Of a stretch of 56,949 nt of DNA, positions 1 through 8,856 are shown piece by piece. Each line of letters opens with the position of its first letter. The stretch's first letter is position 1. Location of the stretch: sequence record SRR31156797_8921, one strand, 5' to 3'. The notes beneath the pieces are model-generated. The model ran no database searches and was not told the DNA's origin. It saw only the letters and a program-made list of their open reading frames with translations. The position numbers were made by a program, and so were the translations under genes.

Positions 1-57
1 CCTCTGGACTCCCCTTTTCAAAACCTTTTATTAATTACTGTCGGTTAATTAAATTTC

Positions 58-2373
58 GTGATGAGAAACAAAAATCTTCTAATACTTGGTGGGGTAGTCC
101 TTTTTCTCATCATAAGTTTTTTTGCGCTTAATCTTCTTTTTCCCTTTCCTGAGCATAAACTGCATCCTCCTGTGGCCTCGGTTGTTAAAGACCGTGACGG
201 CAAAGTATTGCGTATCTTCCTGCCCCCGGATGGCGCGCGGCGTATGCATGCGGATTTTGATAAAATATCCCCGGTACTGAAAAAGACTTTGATTGCTTCA
301 GAGGATCAGTGGTTCGAATCTCATCCGGGAATTAATCCGGTTTCGATTCTTCGTGCGGCAATCACCAACCTTGCTGCCGGACGCATCGTCTCCGGGGGAT
401 CAACTATTCCCATGCAGATTGCACGTATGGCAGAACCGAAGAAACGGACTTTGTGGGCAAAGAGCATTGAAGCTTTCCGTGCTTTACAGCTCAAGCTGCA
501 TCATTCCAATGACGAATTGCTTGAAATTTATCTGAACATGCTACCTTACGGTGGAAACATCGTCGGTATTGGTGCGGCTTCCCATTTTTATTTCGGACAT
601 GGGCCGGACACTCTGTCGTTAGGAGAGGCAGCCCTGCTGACAACCATTCCCCGCGGACCTGTGTTTTATGATCCCCTGCGTAATCCGCAGCAGGCCCGTG
701 ATGGGCGCAACCGGGTCATGCATCAGTTAGCGAAAAAAGGTGTTTTCCCTACTGGCGAGATTGAACGTAATGTGAAGTTGCCCTTACCCGATTCTATGCG
801 GCCTGTGCCACTGAAGGCACCCCACTTTTGCCGCATGGTTTTGGAGCGAAAGCGAAATGGGCGTACTCCTGAAACTATCACCACCCTTGACTCACCCCTG
901 CAGCAGGCAGCTCAAGAGATGCTCAAGACCCATGTGGCCCGTCTGCGCGGAGATGACATCGACAACGCAGCCTGCGTGATCATCCATATTCCCAGCCATG
1001 AGATACGAGCCTTGATCGGTTCGGCGGATTTTTTTGAAAAAGGGTTCGGTGGAGCTATTAACCTGGCAGACAAAAAGCGCTCTCCCGGTTCGACCCTCAA
1101 GCCCTTTATCTACGGGTTGGCTTTTGATCAGGGAAAATTAGCCCCTGATTCTTTTGTCTATGATATCCCGGTAGATTACGCCGGATATTCCCCTAAAAAC
1201 TACGATCAAATGTACCATGGGCAGGTTACGGTAAGGCAGGCCCTTGCCAAGTCTCTCAACATCCCGGCAGTCAACACCCTCGCTCAGACCGGAGTTGCCG
1301 AATTTATCGAGCTCCTCAAAAAAAGTGGAATCAGCACCCTTGATAAAGCTCCCATGGAATATGGACTGCCCCTTGCGCTGGGCGGTTGTGAAATTAAGCT
1401 GACTGAGCTGACCAATCTCTATGCTTCACTGGCTGATGGAGGGAAATTCAAGCCCTTTACCGTCACTGCTGGAAAAAACAATATCAACGCACAAATTCTT
1501 TCTCCGCAGGCAGCATGGCTGGTTCTTGAAATGCTTTCCTCAGTAACCAGACCGGAAATGAATGAGACATGGATGCTAACCCGCGACATGCCTGAAGCAG
1601 CTTGGAAAACAGGAACATCTTTCGGACACCGTGACGCTTGGGCTGTTGGGCTTTCCGGTGATTATGCCATCGGCGTCTGGGTGGGCAACCCGGACGGCAG
1701 GCCGCGCAAAGGAATTTCCGGGGCTGTCCATGCCGGACCGTTACTTTTTGATCTGTTACGTCTCGCTGCTCCCGGCGGGAAGATTCCCCCACCGCCCGAA
1801 GGTTCCGGCATCAGCGAAGTGGAAGTCTGCGCACACAGCCGCCAGCTTCCCGGTCCGTTCTGCACCAAACGCACCAGCATACGCACCCTTTCCAGCAAAA
1901 CACGGTTACATCCCTGCGAAGAATGCCTCCAGATTTTTATAGATGGCAAAAGCGGATACCGTATCTCCGGTGAATGCCTCGGACGCAAAGGCATCAAAAC
2001 AAAAGTCATCCGCACCATCCCGGCAAAACTTGCAAGATGGCGGGCGGAAAACAATCTCGAAGTTCCGCACCTGCCACCGCTGGCCCCGGATTGCGGGCTG
2101 ATCCCTTCCGGCATCGCCCCGAAGATAATTTCCCCGGCAGCAAACACGCCCTACCTATTACGTAAGGACACCCCGCTGAAATACCAGCAGATCGCCCTCA
2201 AAGCCGAAACAGGACCGGACAGCGGAACCCTATACTGGTTCCTCAATGGTCGATTGGTCAGTCAGGGTAAATTTGATGAAAAGTTGTTTACTGAAATAAG
2301 TGTGGGAAAACACAGGATTTCAGTATCAGATGAAATTGGACGGGTGGATGCTGTAGAATTTGAGGTTAGGTAA
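58..2373 (+). CDS. pbpC: Penicillin-binding protein 1C (transglycosylase/transpeptidase)
   Basis: N-terminal TM; GT51 motifs EDQWFESHPG and GGSTIPMQIAR; transpeptidase motifs STLK, SLN and KTGT; C-terminal Ig-like PBP_C domain. Start is GTG58 or ATG61. Confidence 0.93.
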   Translation: MMRNKNLLILGGVVLFLIISFFALNLLFPFPEHKLHPPVASVVKDRDGKVLRIFLPPDGARRMHADFDKISPVLKKTLIASEDQWFESHPGINPVSILRAAITNLAAGRIVSGGSTIPMQIARMAEPKKRTLWAKSIEAFRALQLKLHHSNDELLEIYLNMLPYGGNIVGIGAASHFYFGHGPDTLSLGEAALLTTIPRGPVFYDPLRNPQQARDGRNRVMHQLAKKGVFPTGEIERNVKLPLPDSMRPVPLKAPHFCRMVLERKRNGRTPETITTLDSPLQQAAQEMLKTHVARLRGDDIDNAACVIIHIPSHEIRALIGSADFFEKGFGGAINLADKKRSPGSTLKPFIYGLAFDQGKLAPDSFVYDIPVDYAGYSPKNYDQMYHGQVTVRQALAKSLNIPAVNTLAQTGVAEFIELLKKSGISTLDKAPMEYGLPLALGGCEIKLTELTNLYASLADGGKFKPFTVTAGKNNINAQILSPQAAWLVLEMLSSVTRPEMNETWMLTRDMPEAAWKTGTSFGHRDAWAVGLSGDYAIGVWVGNPDGRPRKGISGAVHAGPLLFDLLRLAAPGGKIPPPPEGSGISEVEVCAHSRQLPGPFCTKRTSIRTLSSKTRLHPCEECLQIFIDGKSGYRISGECLGRKGIKTKVIRTIPAKLARWRAENNLEVPHLPPLAPDCGLIPSGIAPKIISPAANTPYLLRKDTPLKYQQIALKAETGPDSGTLYWFLNGRLVSQGKFDEKLFTEISVGKHRISVSDEIGRVDAVEFEVR

Positions 2374-2388
2374 AGTCACCGGACCAGA

Positions 2389-3975
2389 TTAGCCCCACCG
2401 ATCCCCCAAAGCCCGTGAAGCAATGCAACACCCCGCCGCCATGGCGGACCACTCGATAATTTCCGGCAATGATATGGTACTGTTGAAGTCACCAAGATGC
2501 GGCCCGGTAGTCAGGGGAATATCTTCTTTATTCTTTTCGATGGAATATGCCTTATCCGGTTCCATGCCGCATTTAATGAGATATTTGCGAAACTCATGGT
2601 CCTCTAAAATTTCCTGATCCACCACGCGCATGAATTCGAACATGTGGCGGTCTACGCCCATCTCATTGATCATATCCTGTACCAGTTCCGGGACATACAG
2701 ATCTATTTCATTGTGAAATTCTTTTCCAGTAAAGCCATGGTAATATTTGTCAAAGCAATGCTTCACTGCCTGCTCAAAAAAATCAGCATCAAATAAATGT
2801 CGGGCATCGATAGGCTCATCATTGGCATCCAGACCGCAAAGTTGCGGCTCCTGTGCCCGGAACCAACTGCCCAGCACGAGCAGGATGGACATGAAATGTG
2901 AACCGATAGCCCAATAAAAAGGATCACGCCCCGGCTTCATGACCTGCAAATGCTCGAAATCCCGCAGACCGGAACGCCCGAAATTGGGGTAGCGACAGGA
3001 ATCCAGCCAGCGGTCCAGCCTGCCGAACCTACGCCATTCATAAACACCCTCATCCGTACGCCGGGTAGCCTGTACCCGGTTATGAAAAAGAGGGATGGGT
3101 GCATCATGCACTATACCCCGCCCGGCAAGCTGTCCGAGCAGAAATGAATTGCGGCCCATGATTTCCAGCATCTCATCAGCTGAACTGCGCTTTTCCTCAC
3201 GGTCATCATTGGGATAAATAAAATAGTCGCTGTGGGCGTGGTAAGCCATGGCGTAGAATTCTTCGTGCAGGTTTTCCGGTGCACTTTCGGGCAGCCCTTC
3301 CAGCTTGAAAACCACATGTCCTGCTATGGTGTAAGGGGTGGGACAATCGAAACGTACTCCGTCCGTACCACTTTCGTTGCAAAGCCGTTCCATCCAGCGT
3401 CCTTCAAGATGAAGCCCTTCTGGATCTTCGCCCTTGCGCAGAATTTTGATGGCAAAAATACGATTCTCGCCTTCGGCCTGCATGACCGCGCTACGCCCGG
3501 AAAAGACAGGTTCACCCACAACTTCGGCATTCTTGAGCAGAACATCCCACTTAACAGAAGGCGCGAAACCGGAAAACGATTCCGGGGGATCGGGCAGGGA
3601 AATATCAAACGGCAGAACGCCCAGCCCGCCGGAGGCTTCCACTGCAGCATATTTCTTACAGCTGGATGCAGCCTGAATCTGTAAATGCAAGGCGGAGTGT
3701 GAGACAGCACAATCAGGACAGCCATGCCCAATAGCGGCTAGGGCCTTGGCACATTCCCGGTAAAGAAGCTGCGACATCCGCTGGGAGCTATAGCGCTGCT
3801 CCATAAGTACATCCCAGACCGCATGGACAATTTCATTGTCCGCACATTCCGGTTGCTTTTGGAGCAATGACCGTAAATTGCGGACATCCATATAGGCAGC
3901 GCTGAATTCCCGTTCCGGGGTTAACCCCTGCGCATAAGCTGTGGCTTCGTCTTTTCTCAATTTATTCCCTCGCAT
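2389..3975 (-). CDS. SidJ-related pseudokinase (putative glutamylase/ligase)
   Basis: Motifs GRS, FAIK..GE, LFHNR, RRTDEGVY, GRLDRW, YPNFGRSGLRD and GPHLGDFN match the Legionella SidJ kinase-like core as I recall it, with conserved spacing. Confidence 0.8.
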   Translation of the reverse strand: MRGNKLRKDEATAYAQGLTPEREFSAAYMDVRNLRSLLQKQPECADNEIVHAVWDVLMEQRYSSQRMSQLLYRECAKALAAIGHGCPDCAVSHSALHLQIQAASSCKKYAAVEASGGLGVLPFDISLPDPPESFSGFAPSVKWDVLLKNAEVVGEPVFSGRSAVMQAEGENRIFAIKILRKGEDPEGLHLEGRWMERLCNESGTDGVRFDCPTPYTIAGHVVFKLEGLPESAPENLHEEFYAMAYHAHSDYFIYPNDDREEKRSSADEMLEIMGRNSFLLGQLAGRGIVHDAPIPLFHNRVQATRRTDEGVYEWRRFGRLDRWLDSCRYPNFGRSGLRDFEHLQVMKPGRDPFYWAIGSHFMSILLVLGSWFRAQEPQLCGLDANDEPIDARHLFDADFFEQAVKHCFDKYYHGFTGKEFHNEIDLYVPELVQDMINEMGVDRHMFEFMRVVDQEILEDHEFRKYLIKCGMEPDKAYSIEKNKEDIPLTTGPHLGDFNSTISLPEIIEWSAMAAGCCIASRALGDRWG

Positions 3976-4066
3976 CTTTTGTGCAGCAAAGAGTTATACG
4001 AAACAACCCATTAAAGCCAGCACGTGAAACACACACCTATCGAGCACACAAATCTTTTAATCTCAA

Positions 4067-4089
4067 ACAGATAGATTAAATCTATTTGT
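4067..4089. promoter_or_regulatory. Palindromic operator candidate (LysR-type ATAG-N7-CTAT)
   Basis: ACAGATAGATT-A-AATCTATTTGT, a 10/11 inverted repeat in the divergent intergenic region. Confidence 0.5.
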
Positions 4090-4166
4090 AGCAAACACAG
4101 AACTCATTTATTCAAGAGAGGTTTAGCCCTCAACCTTCTTCAACAATTAATCCGGGAGATTTGACC

Positions 4167-5444
4167 ATGGAAAAAGCTTCGTACACCGATATGTGGGAAA
4201 ACCTGAACCTCGATATTGAAGCCCATGAGGGGCTGCTGGAAGTTTTGGGTAAATTTTACGGCGATATTTATATGAGCCAGCAGGGCCGTTTGCAGGGCAT
4301 GGAATACCTTGATTTTGTACTTTCTGAAGTCCACGGCCTGCGTATTCAGGAACTTGTGGAAGCCAAGGAACAAGGCCGCAAAATTATCGGCACCTTTTGC
4401 GTCTTCGTACCCGAAGAGCTGACTCTCGCGGTGGATGCCATTCAAGTCGGTCTCTGTGCCGGAGCTGATGCCGGGACCGAAGCTGCTGAAACAGTTGTTC
4501 CCCGCAACACCTGCGCCCTGATCAAATCTTTCATAGGCTTTAAAATGGCTAAAATCTGCCCCTACACTGAATCCTGCGACCTGATCATCGGTGAAACCAC
4601 CTGTGATGGTAAGAAAAAAGCCTATGAAGCATTCGGTGAAATGGCGCCCATGTACGTCATGGAAATTCCCCAGCGCAAAGATGCTTCCGACCGCGCACTC
4701 TGGAAAGACGAAGTACTGCGTTACAAAGAAGAACTGGAAAAACTGACCGGAAAAACCATCACCGCCGAAGCGCTCAAGAAGAGCATTAAGATCGTCAACG
4801 ATAAACGCCGCGCCCTGCAACGCCTGAATACCCTGCGTGCTGCAGTACCCACCCCCATTTCCGGGCGCGATGTACTGCTTATCAATCAGGTCAGTTTTTA
4901 CGATGATCCGATACGCTTCACCAGCTCTATCAATACCCTGTGTGACCAGATTGAAGAACGTATTGCCAAGAATGAAGGTATCGTTCCCGAAAAAACTCCC
5001 CGCCTGATGCTCGCTGGTTGCCCCATGGCTGTACCCAACTGGAAGCTGCCCTATATCGTTGAAAGCTCCGGTGCGGTAGTTGTGTCCGAAGAATCCTGTA
5101 TCGGAACCCGCAACACACGCGATCTGGTGGACGAATCAGCTGAGACCGTGGAAGGAATGATCGACGCCATTTGTGAGCGCTACATGAAAATTGACTGTGC
5201 CTGCTTCACTCCTAACGAAGAACGTCTTGAAAACATCAAAAAACTTGCAGAAGAGACTAAAGTGGATGGCGTTATCCACTATTCGCTCATGTTCTGCCAG
5301 CCGTACACCCACGAGACTTTCAAGGTTGAAAAAGCTCTGGCTGACGCCGAAGTGCCCATGCTGGCAATTGAAACAGATTACAGCATGGAAGATGTTGAGC
5401 AGCTCAAGACCCGTGTTGAAGCATTTGTAGAAATTATATCTTAA
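4167..5444 (+). CDS. Double-cubane cluster protein (DCCP), 2-hydroxyacyl-CoA dehydratase-like anaerobic reductase
   Basis: HgdA/B fold with Cys motifs FCVFVPEE, GLC, RNTC, CPY, ETTCDGKKK, ESCIG, CACFTPN and FCQPY; C-terminus ETDYS..D.EQLKTRVEAF; GGAG SD before ATG4167. Confidence 0.85.
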   Translation: MEKASYTDMWENLNLDIEAHEGLLEVLGKFYGDIYMSQQGRLQGMEYLDFVLSEVHGLRIQELVEAKEQGRKIIGTFCVFVPEELTLAVDAIQVGLCAGADAGTEAAETVVPRNTCALIKSFIGFKMAKICPYTESCDLIIGETTCDGKKKAYEAFGEMAPMYVMEIPQRKDASDRALWKDEVLRYKEELEKLTGKTITAEALKKSIKIVNDKRRALQRLNTLRAAVPTPISGRDVLLINQVSFYDDPIRFTSSINTLCDQIEERIAKNEGIVPEKTPRLMLAGCPMAVPNWKLPYIVESSGAVVVSEESCIGTRNTRDLVDESAETVEGMIDAICERYMKIDCACFTPNEERLENIKKLAEETKVDGVIHYSLMFCQPYTHETFKVEKALADAEVPMLAIETDYSMEDVEQLKTRVEAFVEIIS

Positions 5445-5453
5445 GTTTTTAGA

Positions 5454-5478
5454 GGGGTGGATGATCAACATCCACCCC
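5454..5478 (+). other. Intergenic GC-rich stem-loop
   Basis: GGGGTGGATG-atcaa-CATCCACCCC, a perfect 10-bp stem with no U-tract. Confidence 0.55.
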
Positions 5479-5496
5479 CTTAGAATTGGAGCATTC

Positions 5497-6249
5497 ATGA
5501 TTGCAGGCATCGATATTGGCTCACGGTCTATGGAACTGGTAGTTCTTGATGGTAATGAAATAGCCGTTAAGCGAAAACTTCCCACAACTTTTGATCCCTC
5601 AACGCAGATCAAAACAATATTGGAAGGCGTTAAACTTAATCGCATTGCCGCCACTGGATACGGGCGTAAACTGGTTACTGAAGAACTGACCGATTGTGAA
5701 TGCGTTTCGCTGACCGAGATTAAGGCTTATGCGCTGGGTGTTTCGCACCTATGCCCTGAAGCACGGACCATTCTGGATATCGGCGGACAGGACACCAAGG
5801 CCATTTCCCTACTGGGCAAGGGTAAAGTCTCAAAATTTGAAATGAATGACCGCTGCGCTGCCGGGACCGGGAAATTTTTAGAACATCTGGCAACGGTATT
5901 CCAAATTCCCATCGAAGATTTCGGGAGCTATGCCTTGGAGGGTACCGAACCGCTCATGATTAACAGCATGTGTACTGTTTTTGCGGAAACCGAAGCCACC
6001 TCGCTCATGGCCCAAGGGAAAAATCCTCGCGATATAGCACTGGGCTTGCATGGCTCCATTGTGCGCCGCACGACCAATATGCTGGGCAGGGTCGGTTTGA
6101 AAGGACCACTGGTATTTGCAGGCGGAGTTGCAAATAATCCCTGTGTTATCAACATGTTAAAAGATTCACTAAACCTTGTTCCGATCATTCCTGAGGAACC
6201 TGATTTCGCCGGAGCGCTGGGAGCAGCTATCCACGGAAAAGCGCAATAA
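5497..6249 (+). CDS. ATP-dependent [4Fe-4S] activator (HgdC/BadF family, DCCP reductase)
   Basis: GIDIGS, ATGYGR, LDIGGQDTK, MNDRCAAGTG, SMCTVFAE and GGVA motifs; GGAG SD before ATG5497. Confidence 0.92.
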   Translation: MIAGIDIGSRSMELVVLDGNEIAVKRKLPTTFDPSTQIKTILEGVKLNRIAATGYGRKLVTEELTDCECVSLTEIKAYALGVSHLCPEARTILDIGGQDTKAISLLGKGKVSKFEMNDRCAAGTGKFLEHLATVFQIPIEDFGSYALEGTEPLMINSMCTVFAETEATSLMAQGKNPRDIALGLHGSIVRRTTNMLGRVGLKGPLVFAGGVANNPCVINMLKDSLNLVPIIPEEPDFAGALGAAIHGKAQ

Positions 6250-6369
6250 AAATTATATGAATAAATCGTTTGAAAATTACGCCTTTTCCCGTTAGGTTCC
6301 CATTGTCCACGGCACTATAAAAAACCTACCATGCCGGGATCAATTTGCCCTTTCAGGAGAAATAAGAGC

Positions 6370-7881
6370 ATGTCCGAGAAAAACTTGGAAACCAATGGCG
6401 AAGAGAACTTTGCCGAACTGTTTGAAGCCTTCCAGTCCGAATCCAACGACAACCTTCAGGTCGGAGACCAGATCAAAGGAACCGTCATTTCCATCACCAA
6501 AGATTCCGTGTTTATTGACACCGGTTCTAAAGTGGACGGAGTTGTCGACCGTGATGAGCTGACCGATGAAGAAGGCGAACTGACCGTCAAGGACGGAGAT
6601 ATCGTAGAACTCTACGTCATCTCCATGAACAACAATGAAATCGTCCTTTCCAAAGCCATGTCCGGTGCGGGTGGACTCAATATGCTGCGTGAAGCATACG
6701 AGAACAAAGTCCCCGTTGAAGGCAAGGTTGCAGAAACCTGCAAAGGCGGCTTCAGAGTTAAAATGATGCACCGCAAAGTATTCTGCCCGGTTAGCCAGAT
6801 CGACACATCTTTTGTCGAAGACGCTGAAGCTTTTGTTGGCAGCACTCACAATTTTCAGGTCATCAAGTTCGAAGAAAACGGTCGCAACATTGTTGTTTCC
6901 AGAAGAGTTCTTCTCGAACAGGAACAGGAAAAAGCCCGTGAGCAGTTCATGCAGGACGTCCAGCCCGACGCTGTGATGGAAGGTAAAGTAACCAAACTGA
7001 TGCCCTTCGGTGCATTTGTTGAACTTACCCCCGGCGTAGAAGGCATGGTTCACGTTTCCGAACTGAGCTGGTCTCGTTCCGCCAAACCGGAAGATGTTGT
7101 CCAGCCCGGCGATGAAGTAACCGTACGCATCCTTTCCATGGAGCCGCGCAAAGACGGTAAGGGCCTCAAAATCGGCCTTTCCCTCAAGCAGCTGCAGGCT
7201 GATCCTTGGGATGAAATAGGTGACAAATTCAAAGCTGGCGACAAAATCAGCGGTACCGTTGTCCGCTGTGCCGATTTCGGTGCTTTCGTTGAAATCGCAC
7301 CCGGCATTGAAGGTCTGGTCCACGTTTCTGAAATGAGTTACACCAAACGCGTCCACAAACCGGAAGAGGAAGTATCCCCCGGTCAGGAAGTGGCTGTCAT
7401 GGTTAAAGACATCGATCCGGTCAAACGCCGTATCAGTCTGTCCATGAAAGACGCTGCTGGTGATCCCTGGATGGACATGGAAGACACTTTCAAGGTTGGT
7501 CAGGAAGTAGAAGGAACCGTGGAGAACCGCGCTGAGTTCGGCATCTTCATCAACCTCGCTCCCGGCATCACCGGACTACTGCCCATGTCACGCATCACCC
7601 GTTCCGGCAAGCAGGCAGAACTCGAAGCCCTCAAGCCCGGCGACAAGGTTAAAATCTCCATCGAAGAGATTAACACCGCAGACCGCAAGGTGACCCTCAC
7701 CGCAGGTGACGCGCAGAAAGCTGACGGAGACAACGACTGGAAAGAATACACCAAGTCCGCTCCCAAGAAGTCCGCACCCCGCAAATCCGCTCCCAGAAAC
7801 TCCTCCACCTCCGGTGGCTCAGGCGGTTTCGGTGGCCTGCTCGGTGACAAGCTTCAAGAAGCCATGAAAAACAAAAAATAG
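6370..7881 (+). CDS. rpsA: 30S ribosomal protein S1 (five S1 domains)
   Basis: Repeated S1 motifs (FGAFVE..PGVEGMVHVSELS); AGGAGA SD before ATG6370; strongly biased codon usage. Confidence 0.88.
   Translation: MSEKNLETNGEENFAELFEAFQSESNDNLQVGDQIKGTVISITKDSVFIDTGSKVDGVVDRDELTDEEGELTVKDGDIVELYVISMNNNEIVLSKAMSGAGGLNMLREAYENKVPVEGKVAETCKGGFRVKMMHRKVFCPVSQIDTSFVEDAEAFVGSTHNFQVIKFEENGRNIVVSRRVLLEQEQEKAREQFMQDVQPDAVMEGKVTKLMPFGAFVELTPGVEGMVHVSELSWSRSAKPEDVVQPGDEVTVRILSMEPRKDGKGLKIGLSLKQLQADPWDEIGDKFKAGDKISGTVVRCADFGAFVEIAPGIEGLVHVSEMSYTKRVHKPEEEVSPGQEVAVMVKDIDPVKRRISLSMKDAAGDPWMDMEDTFKVGQEVEGTVENRAEFGIFINLAPGITGLLPMSRITRSGKQAELEALKPGDKVKISIEEINTADRKVTLTAGDAQKADGDNDWKEYTKSAPKKSAPRKSAPRNSSTSGGSGGFGGLLGDKLQEAMKNKK
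7753..7797 (+). repeat. 15-bp x3 coding tandem repeat (KSAPK/KSAPR/KSAPR)
   Basis: aagtccgctcccaag aagtccgcaccccgc aaatccgctcccaga. Confidence 0.8.
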
Positions 7882-7888
7882 TCATTCC

Positions 7889-7930
7889 AAAGGCCGGGCT
7901 TCTTGAAAGAAGTCCGGCCTTTTTTTATTT
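7889..7930 (+). terminator. Intrinsic terminator after rpsA
   Basis: AAAGGCCGGGCTTCT-tgaa-AGAAGTCCGGCCTTT followed by a T-tract. Confidence 0.9.
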
Positions 7931-8084
7931 TCTGCTGTAAATTACAAACTACCGCCTGAGCCAGTTCCCGGAAATCTTGCCGAAGCCCCATTCCTGACAA
8001 CACAATCCTGCTGGCCTGTGTAGAACATACATCTCATTCACATTTCAAGCTGCCACGAGCAGTCCGTCCTGAAAAGGATTTAGC

Positions 8085-8825
8085 ATGTCCTCATTTGCCT
8101 TAATGTCTCCGTTTGTTCTTGTCCCCGCAATTTTCTTTGTAGCCGGACTCATGCAAGGGTTAACCGGATTCGGATGTGCCCTCATCGCCATGCCTCTACT
8201 GGCCTGCGTTGTGGATATTAAAATTGCTGTACCTGTTTGTACGCTTTGCGGGATATTCATTAACCTGAACATGACCTACAAACTGCGCAAAAGTCTGGAC
8301 CGCAACAAAATACTCCCTCTCATCATAGGCAGTGTGCCCGGTTCTGTCTTTGGAACGATGATGCTGAAAGAAGTTAATGGCGACTATATACGTTTGTTCC
8401 TTGGTTTCCTCATCGCAGGCTTCGCTGCATATTCACTTATCGCCAAACCAATCAAACTAAATATCAGTGACAAATGGGGATATCTTTCAGGATTCATGAC
8501 CGGAGCGATTGCCGCCGCAGTAAGCGCCGGTGGCCCGCCTACCATCATATATTCCTCGCTCCGCGATTGGGACAAAAACAGCTTTAAAGCAACTCTTGTC
8601 AGCTTCTTTATGGCTGCGGGCATCATGGCTGCTATCGGGCACCTTCTTGGCGGCCTGACCACAATGTATGTTTTTAAGCTATTTCTGGCCTCTACCCTGC
8701 CCATTGTCATGGGTACATTAGCCGGCGGAATGATTTCCGGACTGCTTTCGGAGGTTTTTTACCGCAGAATCGTCATGGTACTGCTTGTCATCATGGGATT
8801 GATGCTTATATTTCAGAACGTCTAA
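8085..8825 (+). CDS. Sulfite exporter TauE/SafE family membrane protein
   Basis: About 8 TM segments; GLTGFG and GGPP repeat motifs. Alternative start at 8103. Confidence 0.85.
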   Translation: MSSFALMSPFVLVPAIFFVAGLMQGLTGFGCALIAMPLLACVVDIKIAVPVCTLCGIFINLNMTYKLRKSLDRNKILPLIIGSVPGSVFGTMMLKEVNGDYIRLFLGFLIAGFAAYSLIAKPIKLNISDKWGYLSGFMTGAIAAAVSAGGPPTIIYSSLRDWDKNSFKATLVSFFMAAGIMAAIGHLLGGLTTMYVFKLFLASTLPIVMGTLAGGMISGLLSEVFYRRIVMVLLVIMGLMLIFQNV

Positions 8826-8856
8826 CTATGAAAACAAGTACGGAGTAGGTTGTTCG

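Noticed and set aside
6340-7356. 338-aa antisense ORF over rpsA
   Set aside because: Shadow ORF produced by strong codon bias in a highly expressed gene; no recognisable motifs.
7931-8084. Possible riboswitch upstream of the TauE gene
   Set aside because: No recognisable SAM, Moco, cobalamin or other aptamer consensus by eye; an Rfam scan would be needed.
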